Shown one piece after another: positions 1 to 13,700 of a stretch of DNA of 64,000 nucleotides. Each line of letters opens with the position of its first letter. The first letter of the stretch is position 1. Location of the stretch: contig NC_043021.1 of the NCBI RefSeq assembly GCF_006345805.1, positions 25,420,001 to 25,484,000 on the forward strand, written 5' to 3'. The translations under genes and the position numbers were made by a program. This DNA comes from Octopus sinensis. Lineage: Eukaryota. The notes under the pieces were generated by a model. It saw nothing but the letters and a program-made list of their open reading frames with translations. It had not been told where the DNA came from and did no database searches.

Positions 1-762
1 TCCATTCTCAATCAGAAACGGACAGGGAACTGATAAGGGTATATGAAAGACAAAGTTCCTTTTCAATAGAATACAATTCTAAGAATTTCAGTCCTTATTC
101 CAAGTGTCCCAGTTATGGTTTCTCCAAAACTAACAGAGGAATGTAGAATTAAGAAGTTGTACAATTCATTGCCATCGCCTAAAGTTCATTTTCCATGCTG
201 GCATGGGTTGGACAGTTCAACAAGAGCTGCACCAGGCTCCATCTGTCTGTTCTGGCATGGTTTTTACGGTTGGATGACTTTCCTTAATGCCAACCACTTT
301 TCAGAGGGTATTGGGTGGTTTTTATGTGGCCCCAGTGGAGAGAGGGAGTGAGGGGGTGAGAGGTTAGAGTATAATAAAGGGACAAAAATAGTTGTCTTAC
401 TATTGAGCAGATAATTGGCTACCCCTAGTAGGAGAAGGAAGGAGAGAGAGAGAGAGAGTTAGAGAAAAATAGATGGTGTTGGAGATGTATTGGGGTCCAT
501 CTATAGGGGACAGCAGGGGAGATGTTTGATGAGAAAAGGTGACCGTGACAAGTGATGGTGAAAGAAATTGGGGTAGCTGGGCAGGGTATTAAGTAAATTT
601 TAATTAAAATACAGTAATTAGACTAATGAACAAATATCTGCTCAGTCATTTCACATCCACGATTTCTATGCTTCTGTTAATATCCAGAAACTACATAAAT
701 TGTTTCTCATCTAAGCACAAAAAAATAATGAAAATCAGAAAAATGGAAAGCTAGTTCCATAC

Positions 763-884
763 CTTGGCTAGAGTAAGACCAATGGTACCTGTACCACAAC
801 AGATATCAAGAACAACACTGTCTTTTTCAAGTTGACACCAATCAGCAACAAGAGAATAAAGTAAGGCCGTGGCTGGGTTATTGA
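763..884 (-). CDS. TRMT2A: TRMT2A exon (SAM-binding motif I)
   Basis: NNPATALLYSLVADWCQLEKDSVVLDICCGTGTIGLTLAK; ttgcag acceptor, gtatgg donor. Confidence 0.94.
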
Positions 885-3800
885 CTGCAAAATGAGAAAC
901 ATTCAAAATGTCAAGAAATTCCACTCAAAAAATATCATAAAAGATTCTTTAGTGAGAAAGTTAACGGTGCCAATATCAAAAAGTTAATGGCAGTTGGTTT
1001 CCTAAAAAACAGCTTCCTGGATAGAGAAAAGAATTTTAACCCTTGTGATAAACAACTTGCCCAACACTGCTCTCGGTTCTACTATATGAACTTGCATTTA
1101 AAGTGAACTAAATTAAAATCTTCCATCAAACTTTCATACCAATTTATCTCCCAGACCAACTTAGCAATGACAAAGTTGTTTCATTACATTCTTCATTAAT
1201 TTAAAAATTAATTGAAACAAACGCAGCGTATTTCAGCAGAAACAAGATTAAGGTATTGGAACCGGCGAAAGAAGTCAAAACACACAAAGACGAACTTTGC
1301 AGATAATTTTCTTCATGGAGACAGAAGGAAAACACGACATAGTTTTAATGAACATACTTTTAGCCTCAAGTAAAAAGTAGGTTCGTTTATTTTTTTTTTA
1401 ATCTGTGGCTAGAAAAATGAGACTCGCCTGCCTAGTTTTAGCAATTTTAATGTCCCATCAGAGTTTGGTCACTCATTTTCCTGACAACAAAGAAAACAAA
1501 AGCTTACAAAGGAATGACTGGATGGTCAACAAGTTCTGTCAAAGATTCTGATCTTTACTGGTAACCCCCAATGCCCAATCCCCAACCAGATTTTACATCA
1601 AGTTAAAAGACAAAAAAACCCTGTGACATCTTCAATGATAACAGCATTTTAACCTCACTGGCACAGAGAGAAATTATGATGGTGCCATAAGTACCAATGT
1701 TGACAAGTCCTGAAGAACATGGTATTAACTGAACTAATTTTTCTAGATCAACTCACAGGTTAAGTACAACTACACATACTTTCATACTTTAGTGACATCA
1801 AATAACTGAGATGATGATGTTGATGATGATGATGATGATGAACATATTTTTATAAAAATTAATGACTTACTTTGAAAAAATGCATCGGGAGAAATTTGAA
1901 AATTCAGACCCAATAAATTTTCAGTAATCCACTGAAATATAAAAAATAACGACCATATAAATGAATTAAAGAGTAAGTGGAAGAATATTGCAGAATAAGA
2001 ATAATTGGTAATTTACACTAAAGGGGAGTAGACTAATAAAATCGGTAGAGCGACAGAAAAAAAAAACCTTGTGGTGGTTCTTCTGGGTCTTTATATTCTC
2101 AGTTCAAATCCAGCTGAGGTTGATAAAATAATGTACCAGTTATGTCCTGGGGTGAATTTAATTGGTTAACCCCTGCAACAAAAATTTCATCATCATGATT
2201 TTTTTCATGTCTTTTTCTCGACTTGCAGAGGTCAAATGGAATTTGTTGGGGGAAGACTTTCTTTGGCTGGATGCCCTTCCTGTCACCAACCTTAGTTTCC
2301 AATTAAGTAAATATCTCATGGAAGATTGGAAACAAACAACACTGCTTATATGATGGTGACTTTCATTTACAAATATCACACAAAGTCAAGATGAAGAGGC
2401 AAAACACCCACAGCAGCAAGGCAGGTAGAACCCTTTGCATGTGGAGCAAAATGCTTAGTGGTATTCTTGTGGAAGTTTACATTCTGAGTTCAAATCCTGC
2501 CTCAGTCAACTCTGTCTTTCATCTCTTTATGGTTGATAAACTTTCAGTGAAGTCCTGGGATCAACGTAATAGACTTATCCCTTGCCACCTTCATAACTGT
2601 TGGACTTGACCTCTGCAACAGACCAGTGTCCATTTGGTGAGAAACGTTGTGGTCCCAGTCATTCATACCTCATGGAAACCAGGCAACCAACCATACGAGT
2701 CCTAAGTCTCAAGAAGAGCACAAACAACCGGACTCTTTCAGTTCCTATCGATGAAATCCATTCACAAGGCTTTTGGTCAGCCAGAGGCTAGAGAGGAAGA
2801 AGATCCTTGCCTAAGGTGCCATGCAATGGATTTGAACCATGAACAATGTGATTGGGAGGCCGTGCCTGTGCCTATATTCGAAAATCATCATCATCACCAC
2901 CTTGATAATATACTTGAATCCAAGAAGAAAAAAAAATACAAATAATTTCAAACTTGGGATAAACCAGAAGAGGAGGGGGGGGGGGGAGAATAAATTGTTT
3001 TATATTTTTAGGAGAGAAATTCAGTGTTGAGTGAAGTGAATTGGTTTCAAATGGGAAATGATGAGATTATGTTTGCCTGAAGGGGTCAAAGTCAAGCCAA
3101 CTCAGTGATAAGGATCCTTGTACTAACGATGGAGATGAGACAGTAGTTCAATCTGTTAGAAACAACAGCCAAATCACACCATACTATCATAACTACAAAA
3201 GGACAAATTGGACAATGTGATATTCAAAAAGGACAGTGGCCATGGTTTTGCTCAGTCTTTCTGACCCAAGGCCAGCAATTTTGAGTGAAGGGGTCAGTAG
3301 CTGATACCATTGATCCCTAGTATTTCACTGGTACTTTAATTTATCGATCCTCAAAGGATGAAAAGTGAAATTAACCAGAGCAGGTTTTGAACTCAGAACA
3401 TAAATCCCCAGAACAAACCCTGAAAGACATTTTCTCCAATGCCCTAATGATTCGACCAACCAGTGGCCTAACCTAGGGTCAAATTAAGCAACAACAACAA
3501 CAACAATTACAGAAAACTGTAAAACCAAAATCTCCTTGCGCTGACCTCGTTTCCCATCAGATGCTCATAGTTCGCTGCTTGCCGACAGCTTGATTGTCTG
3601 CAAAGAAACGGAAATAGAAATCAAAAATACACATCAATAAGAGAAATCCTTTCTGTTACAGGCACAAGGCCTGGTATTTGAGGGGAGGGGCAGTCAGTTG
3701 GATTGACACTATCTCTTATTGCCAACATGTTTCAGTCATTAGACAGCGGCCATGCTGGGGCACCATCTTGAAGAATTTTAGTCAAGCAAATCAACCTGAG

Positions 3801-6554
3801 TACTTATTCTATCAATCTCTTCTGCTGAACCACTAAGTTATGGGGACACAAACACATCAACACCAGTTCTCAAGTGGAGGTGGTGGAGGAGGGACAAAAG
3901 TAACCCCATAGATTACATGTATATATACAAGTTTCTTTTCATTTTAATAATGAAAAATTAGCGAATTGACAGAAGGTTTCAAAACAGGAAATTTGTGTAC
4001 CAGCACATGATTAGAGCATTGGGCTCACAATCAGAAGGTATTGAGTTCAATTCCTGGCCCGAGCTGTGTTGAGCAAGACACTTTGTTTCATTACTGATGC
4101 CATGCTGTATTGGCCCCTTTGCCTTTCCCTTAGATAACATCGGTGGCATGGAGAGGGGAGACTGGTATGCACGGGCAACTGCTGGTCTTCCATAAACAAC
4201 CTTCCCTGGACTTGTGCCTCAGAGAATAACTTTCTAGGTGCAATCCCAAGGTCAATGATGACTGCAGGGTGCCTTTACCCATTACCCTTTAGGACTAAGG
4301 GACAATCTCAGATGCATTGCTACCAAAAGAGTTGAAGAACACAGGCAATGTATCTGCTTAAAAATAATAAGTCCATAAAAGGACCAAACTCGCTTGGTTC
4401 CTTCCAATTTGATGCCTTACTAATTCCCTCGCTCTCCAAAGTTGTGTTGCATTTTAAACCTTTGAACTCTAATACAGTTGCAATGAAAGAGAAATATGTT
4501 TCATTATTAAATATATGATAATTAGGGGCCAACCGAATCCCTTGAGTGGACTCGGTACATGTCATGTGTGTGTGTCTCCTTGTCTTGACATCATAGGATA
4601 ATAACCATTATATTAACAAGCACTACCACCATACAAGTGGAGTTCCTCATTGTCTGTCTTCTGTGTAGACAGGTCTGGCCGTAGAAAAAAATGGCCACAA
4701 TGAATTCCATCCATGCCGGTATGGAAAAGTGGACATTAAAATAATGACAACGACGATGATTATATCTGTATCAAAGAGAGGAAAACATTGTTAAACGATG
4801 CTAAACTCAACCAAAGACAAAGGCTGAAACAAATTACGGCACCACTGACATCATCATCATCAACATCATTTAATGTCTGTTTTCTGTGCTGGCAAGGCCA
4901 GGAGCTGAACTCAGTTCCATGTTTTGACAGGATTTCTACAACAGAGTGCCCCTTTGTAATGCTAATTAGAAATGGTGTGTGTGTTGACAAGGGCTGAGCA
5001 GGGTGGGTGGGAAGATGGAATATTGTGTGATCTCTGGCAATCACAGGAAACTTACTTCTTGGTGACGCAATTGAAAAATAATGATGTCACACCACACACT
5101 TTTCCTTCACCCTCACTGAAAAACTCCTTCAATGCCTCTTTCTCAGCTTGAATTTCCTCCTGGAAGAAAAGAGAAAAGGAAACAACCAAGTCAATCAACA
5201 GCAACAGAGGTAAGTTTATTAGAAGAACACCATATAAGGAAACAGAGACAGCAGGAGAATGGGGGGGGGGTGTCTAAGACAAAGAAAAATAGTGTGCATA
5301 TATTTGCGTATGTTTCCAACAGGCTGAGCCTGCCCCATGTAGACGGGATTTCTCATACCTGTAATTTATGTGGGACAAATTGACAGGACTGAGTGTTGGA
5401 TAGACCATCTCACAGTATTTGTTTCAATTCTCACAGATGTTCAAATCCCACCATGATCCACTCCACCTCACATCATTTCAGGGTCAATAAATAAGATTCC
5501 ACACAACAGATCCCATTCGACCCATTTCTATCCAATGAAACTCCAGACACAACAAACACGAGCATCGCATCTGATGGTGGATCCGACAGAGCAGGGGAGA
5601 GATTGCTTTGCCATAATCATTCTGGCTCTTGACAATCTGATATGTCAGCCTTGTCTGATTCTTCCAAGGTTAACAAAACACAATACCAGTCATGTACTGG
5701 AGTCAATCTTTCCCTTTCTAACTTTTTGACAGTCTTTCTCTCTTCTGGAAGAGACTGTCTGTTGCCAGGCCCAGAGGAAGATGGCGCCACCAAGCCTACA
5801 GCTGTTCAAGACACATCATATATGGTAACAGCAGTGCCACAACTCCATCAAGAAGTTGAAAGCTCAAAGCAAAACAGGGCAAGATATGAAGAAAGTTCAA
5901 GGCCTTATTAAGGCTTGTTCCAAAGAATTTTTTTGGCTTCCTTCCAGCAATAAGTCTGTCCAATCAGCAGCAACATATCCATCCTTTTAACATCCCCTTT
6001 GCCATGCTAGCATGGGTTGGACAGATTCTAAACCACTGAGCCTCCAATCTTGTAATCAGTCTCATAAAACAGCCACAGACTCTTCAACACTCAATTCCAA
6101 AAGCTTCTGCACTTAACAAGTTTAAGGAACTCACGTCGGAAAGCTCAACAGAATGAAACTCAATAATAGCCATCACATCCCCTCTGCTGCTCGTCCTCAC
6201 AGTCAACTGCCTCCAATATCCTTCGTGAGTTTGGGCATCATAAACAGAATATTTACTTTGACGCACATATTCTTGGAAAACCTTAGGAAGAAATAAAAAA
6301 AAAAAAACAATATTTAAACAAATAATTCAATTCAATGAAAGGAGATGCTATCAAAATATGCATTAATTTACAGAGAAACATATACAAGCCTATTGCACAG
6401 GTAATAACATGAAAGGTATGTTTTCAAGAGAAAATTGAAGAAACTAAACCAGAATCAAAATTATGGCAAACCTAAAATGAGTGTAAGAGGATGAAGAGAA
6501 AGAAAAGTAACAAATTATAAATAATAATGAGAAAGAGAAAGAGAAAGAGTGAGT

Positions 6555-6595
<41 letters not shown>

Positions 6596-6817
6596 TGAGT
6601 GAGTGAGAGAGAGAGAGAAAGAAAGAGTAAGTGACAGAGAGAGAGAAAGGAGGCAGCTTACTTTAGCAACTTTTTTCATGGCCTCAGGTAGGATAGCACA
6701 AAGAGATGGTTCTCCAACTGCACTAGAACCATCTCGGTAACTACCAAGCCGGAATCCAACTATTTTCTCTGAAACAAAACAATAATATATATTACAACAA
6801 CATACAATGTTAACTCC

Positions 6818-6860
<43 letters not shown>

Positions 6861-9800
6861 AGAAATACACACACACACACATTTTCTTATTCTTTTACTC
6901 GTTTCAGTCATGTGACTGCAGCCATGCTGGAGCACCACCTTTAGTCAAGTAAATTGACTCCAAGCGTTATACTTTGTAAGCCCAGTACTTATTCTGTTGG
7001 GCTTTTTTGCTGAACTGCTAAGTTATGGGGACATAAACACACCAGCATCTGTTGTCAAACGATGTTGGGGGAACAAACACAAACACACACACACGATGGG
7101 CTTCTTTCAGTATCCATCTACCAAATCCACTCACAAAGCTTTGGTTGGCCTGCGGCTATAGTAGAAGATACTTGCCCAAGGTGCCATGCAGTGGGTCCGA
7201 ACCTGGAACCATGTGGTTGGGAAGCAAGCTTCTTACCACACAGCCACTCTTGCACCTATGCCAATCCAATACATTTTCAGAATTCTAGAAAAAACTGGCA
7301 CTTATACATTAGGCAACAGAATGGGTTTATTATTTATATAATATTAATATAATAAATTTAGTCTCATAACAGCCAATTTATGTTACTGAATGGTTTCCTG
7401 CTAAAGAACATTTCCAGTTATGGGGAGGTAAATTAACAATTACCAGACATAGCTTGAGCTCTTTGTTACTGGAGGCCTGAAACAAGCACATCTGGCTCTA
7501 AAGGATCTCAGACATGTTTGAGTGGACATCAGTCACTTGAATGCTGACATGCAGGACATTGCCTAAAAGGGATCAATCTAAGGGACGTAACTCTGATGGG
7601 CTTAGGAGCAACCCTTGTCTGTTTTTTACTGTTTCTTTGTCATTTGTTATTTGTGAGTTTGTGGAGCAAATTGTTTGCAGAGAAATGCATAATTGAGTTA
7701 TGTGATAGAACAACTCAAGCTGAAACCCAATTATTGGCAATATGACAACAATAGGGATCTCTGCATATGGACCCTAATCAAGACTGACAAAGGAGCGAAA
7801 AGACTTCCTATCAGGCACACATTTTGGTCAACAGCATGGCACCTAATTTGGTATAGACGGAGGCTGTGGCTATCGTATGAAGAACAAGGTAGCAGCATGA
7901 TGTTTCTTCTGGTATCTGAAGCTAAATTTCCTGTAGACAATCAACGTCTACCTCTTATTCTGATTGCTGAATTAGACTTTGGGACTCTGGTTCTCTCACC
8001 ATAAGTCTACCATTCCAACAGACCACCACTTCATGGGAAAATAGACCAATACATGGTAGAATGGTCTATGAATGCAATATTTCTTGGATTCAGTTTCACC
8101 ATTGGGTATTCCTTGGAAAACAAGATCTCAGTGAAATTACCACATACACCTGTAACAGACTGTCGTCCACAAGTCATGATTGTTACAAACAACTGCAGGG
8201 TCCACCCACCTGATCTGTTTGTCCCTTAGAGATGAGTTGACAGGCTCAGCAGCAAGTACACCAAACATTAACATCAAATATTCCACTTTAAAAAGCAATA
8301 GGTCTATCAAGAGCATAAGGTGATGCTGGGGAAATGAAATGAACTGATCAGGACTCAAAATCCACTGTTAAACCCTTTAAGAATTTACAGAACCATCCCA
8401 TCACACGTTGAGGAAATAAAAGCTATTTTTAGAAACAAAATGTTAAGAAAGTTGAAAAGAAAAAAAACAACCCCAAAATAGAACTTACCAGATCCTTCGT
8501 GGTTTGTACCAATTGTAAACTCTGACTTATTACGATAACCAGTTAGTAATGGCTGTGGATTGAAAAAAATACAAGTGAAAGCAAGAAATGCCTGGGAATT
8601 CACAAGAGAAGGTAATGGCAGATTGGGAGAGAAATGGATAGTGAAGAATAGAATTATGTTGATAAATATATACAAGGGGCTACCCAAGAGTAACTGGAAA
8701 CGTTCTCTGAGAGAGCAAGCCTTTTGTAGTTCAGGCTTTTGCCACTAGAAGTCACTTGGTGTGACCCTCAGGCATCAGTTTGCCAACTGGTATCATCGAA
8801 TGTAGTGCTACGTGGTGCATCTTTGCTTTGCAGTGCTTTTCCCCTGTTGATGTGACTGGGGTGTCCTGGAGCCCCTCCCAGCGAATTCTGACCAAGGAAT
8901 TGTGAATGAAAAAAGTTGCAGCAAAATTTGTGCCTTGCTTGCTCATGGAAGATCAAAAGCAGTCACGACTGAATGCTTGTCATGAACTGAAAGAACAGTT
9001 GGAAATCGAAGGTCATCTTTACTGACAAAAGCTGATGCTAGGGAATTTGCAGATGTGGAAGAGACGAAGAAAAGAACAACAGAGGCATCACTTTGCAAGA
9101 GTTCCAGCACTACATCAAACAGTGGCAAAACAGGTCTGGACCGATGCATTGCTTCAAAATGGAGAATACTTTGAAGGCGATCATCATCATCATCATCATT
9201 TAACGTCCGCTTTCCATGCTAGCATGGGTTGGACAGTTCGACTGGGGTCTGGGAAGCCAGGAGGCTGCACCAGGCTCCAATCTGATCTGGCAGTGTTTCT
9301 ACAGCTGGATACCCTTCCTAACGCCAACCACTCCGTGAGCGTAGTGGGTGCTTTTTATGTGCCAGGCGAGGCTGGCAACAACCATGATCGGTTGATGCTT
9401 TTTACATGCCACTGACACAGGTGCCAGGGGAGGCTGTAAACATGTAAAACTAATTTAATAGAATAATATAGCAAAATTCCGGTTTTTTGGGGGGTACCCC
9501 TTGTATGTGTGTGTGTATACGTATCTTTTGGAATCGGACATTTGGGTTGTTACCCACACTCATACATGCATTTAGATATACAAAGTACTGAACATTTCAC
9601 TTAGACAAACTGATGGAAACTAGCAGATACATTACAGAATTGCATATGTATATATGGTTAGAGTCCAACCCACGCTAGCATGGAAAGCGGACGTTAAACG
9701 GTGATGATGATGATGAACACAACAGGAAGAGTGGACAATCCAACATTTTGGACACGGTCCTTCTTTGTTGAAAAATTAAGAGGAAAGAAATTCATAAGAC

Positions 9801-10739
9801 ACAGCAGAGTTTTACATCCTGAACTCAATTGCAGCCAGTTTCTCTGTTTTGTAAAAGTCTGCTGTCCTTCAGTCATTTCTCTCTTTTCAATTTTTCCCCC
9901 GAAGAAGGACCGAGTCCAAAATGTTGCATTGTCCACTCCTCACAGCAAGTTCACTAGATTCTTTTTTTTTTATTGATTTTACTGTATAATATAAGTGTTG
10001 CTGACACAGACCAATGCCAGCCTCTTTAGGAGCCTGATCGTGAAGAGAAAGAAATTACTTACGGAAGGCTGAATGGCAAGAATCTCACAAATACTATCTG
10101 AATAGAGTCGTCTGTAAAATAAGAAAGAAATCAAATAAATGATTCAGAAGATGAAACTGGGAAGCCAGTAATTGGATGAAATTACTTATGTTAATTACTG
10201 AAAGATGCCATTGTCCTAAAAGACAATAGTTAAATTACTATGAAACTATTAATTGTAGTAAATCCCTAACGAATCTCTCCCCAACATTCCTCCCTTGTTC
10301 TCCTAAACTCTTATCTACCCACTTACCCAGGCAAACCCTGTCTACCCCTTCAATTATACTCACCCCCATCACAGTAACTTGAGAGTATGCTCCAACATAT
10401 CTTCTCCACCCTCTATTCTCTCACTCACTCTTCCCCTGTTTTTCTATCTGGGGTAAAACGGGTCTCTCCTCTAATGCAGGAAACCCTTTTTGTCCCCCTA
10501 TTCATACCCCAACTTCTCATCGTATTGAGTACAAAGCCACCGTACTCAATACTACACCCCAACTTACTTGAGAAGTTATGCCATGTAAAAAAAAACGCCC
10601 AGGCCCCTCAGTAGAGTGGTTCGTGTTAGGAAGGGCAACCAGTCAAAGGAGACAGGAGAGCTTGGCTAGTCCTCTGGTCTACCAGCTCCTGTCATACCGT
10701 CAAACCACACCGGCAAGGAAAATAAAACATTAGATGGAC

Positions 10740-10770
<31 letters not shown>

Positions 10771-13700
10771 ATGTACACACATGCACAAATTCATATGTGT
10801 CCGTCCGTGTCCGTCTTTGATCTGACATCATGTGATTGTTGTTAATGTGAGTCACTGTTGTACAAGTGGTAGTCTCGTTTCGAGTCTTCTGTGAAAACAT
10901 ATTTGGCCAGCAGAAGCGAGAGCTAGTGGCAGGTGGGGGGGCATCTGGCTGAAGAAACTCTGCATTAACAAATTCTGTATGATCCATGCAAGCATGGAAA
11001 AGTGGACGTTAAAAAGACATATACATGTAAATACACACACACACACTGGTAGTATATTTCAGCAGAGATTATCATCATCATCAGCATTCTTCTGATGTTT
11101 CCAAGCAAGGTGATATTTGCCCCATGGCTAGAAATGTTTTCATGAAAGACTGGGAATGAATCACACCACTCGTATGAGAGTGACACTTGTTTACGCAATG
11201 TCAAGACAGGGTCTCTCTCTCACACATACACACATGGTTTCTTTCAGTTTCTGTCTGCAACACAAGGCACTGGTTGGCTTAGGAGCCATAGTATGAAACA
11301 CTTGCCAAAGTGCCATGAAGTGGGATTGAACTTGAAACCATGTGGTTGCAAAGGGAATTTCTGATCCACACAGCCAAGCCAGCACCTGATGAAATGACAA
11401 AATGAAAACACAAAAAATTACTAAAAAGATATTTACTTTTGTTCGTAGATCCATGTCTTGAGATCTGGGCAGTTTTGTAAGAGTTCCTTGGTCCATCGTT
11501 TCATAACGTTTTTTATATCATCAAACTTTCGCTGCAATCAAAGAAAAAAACAAAAAAAAAAAGACAACTGGAAAAATTATAGAAACCATCATAAAACAAT
11601 GTTTCTGAGTGAAAGCAAGTGGTTTTGTGGTCAGGGCGTTGCATTTGCAATCATTAGATCATGGTTTCAGTTCCTACACAGGGCACTGTGGAGTGTTCTT
11701 GAGCAAAACACTTTTTTGTGTGTTGGTCCAGTCCACTCAGCTATAAATGAGCCACCCTGTCACACACCAGCGTCCCATTCAACAGGACTAAATTGATTTT
11801 GGTCACTTTTATACGACAGAGATAGTAATGAGTCTGACAAGGCCTACAGCTCAAGACAGAATGACTCCACATCTTTGCCTTTAATAAAAGCACAAACACT
11901 GTTCCCTTCCCCTTTATAATATCATGTGCAGAAAGGGCTGGGTTGACTTTTTTATTTTTTGACATAAACCAGTGTCCAACACAACAGGAATTGTTCAGTC
12001 AACCAATTAAAACTTCTTCAAAGAATTTTAATGTGAGCCAAGAATTACAGAAATTCAGTCACAGCAGGAAGACCATAACCTCCATGCGATTGAGGCAAAA
12101 CAGTAAAACATTGACATTTCTGTATAGCTTGGTTCAAATGAGAGAGACTCAACCCTCTTGTTACCATATTTCTGTTGAAATTCATGGCATTCTGTTTCAG
12201 TTAATTTTGAAAATGATGAAGAATTTAAGTAACTTTATTATTATTATTCAGCTGAAAGATTTCAATTGAGATCTCTTGAAAACACCAAGTTTGTGCCATA
12301 GAACCAAGAGCAGGGTCAGGTGCCCTTGTATCAAAAGGGTTAAACAATCACGTAACAGAAACAGAGAGAGTCCTGCTTCAATAAACAAAACAAAACAAAG
12401 GTAACCAACTGTTTTCTGCTCGAGTATACCTGAGCTAAGACCACTTTTGTTTGGCCTCTCTTGTAGCGACACTTCATTCTCAAAGATAGACATTCCTATA
12501 CAAAGATTTATGTTTTTCATTTGTTTTTTTCTAAACGATGATCTAATCATTATTTAAATGTACCTTATCTAATAGTAATCCCATCATCATTTAGAAACCC
12601 AATACACTCCCCCATTTTAAATACACAGAGGTAGGTGCAGACATGGCTGTGTGGTAACGAATTCCACTCTGCACAGAACCAGTTGGTTCCAAGTTCAATC
12701 TCAGTGTGTTCTATTCTCTTAACCCTACTGACATGACTGAGCCCAGAGGGGGAAATCATTAAAGGAAATCCTGTCATTACATTAATTAAGTAGGTTTCAC
12801 TGGCGATACTGAATCTCTGTTGAAAGTTTGGATTTATAACTAGAATTTGAAGCTGGTTGTAGAGTAAGAACTACTGTGGTTAGGGGCTGCAGTTGTGTTG
12901 GTCATGTATTTAGAAAAGACAGCAGTTAGAATAAACTGCACTTTTTTTTATAGGGTTTGGGTGATTGAGGGCATTCAGAAAACATTCTTTACCTTTAGTT
13001 GTTCCTCATATGTTAAGTCATACAGTGGCATCACAGCTTTTCTGACTCTGAAATGATAATAAAAACAATGTGCCCTACAGATTGGTTTCATGGAGTAACC
13101 CTGCAAGTTGAATTTCTATGCAACGAGTCATGCCCCCTTTTAACACCAACCATTTCACTGAGTGGACCAGGTTCTCACTATGTGGTACTAGTATGAGTGA
13201 GGTTACCAAGACAAGATCCCATAACTGAAGGGAGGGAGTTTTGAAGGAGGAGGCTTCACACCAGGTGATGAGTGGTTAGAGAATAAGAGGACAAGAACAG
13301 GTTGTATTGCTGTAGGGGAGATACACAGCTACCCCAGTTGGAAGAAGAGGAGGAGGATACATCAGGGTATACACCCTCAAAATAGAGCCAAATTTACACT
13401 TTCATAAACTACCACAACCATCATCATCATCATTTTAATATCTACTTTTCCTTACTTTGCACGAGTCAGATGGAATGCATTAAAATAGATTTTCTTTGGC
13501 TGGATGCCCTAACCCTAACCCTAACCAAGCAAGGGACTACTTTCCTCAGTGTTGGACATCTTTTCAAGGAAGACTGGCAACAAATGACACCCATTTACTA
13601 CTATCATGCAATGTCAAAGCAACGAGACACAAACACACCCACTCAGACAAGAAGCTTCTTTCATTTTCCATCTACCGAATCCACTCACAAAGCATTGGTT

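Noticed and set aside
13505-13530. (CCCTAA)3 telomere-like repeat; also TTAGGG at ~31147
   Set aside because: Only 2-3 units embedded in repeats, not an interstitial telomere array.
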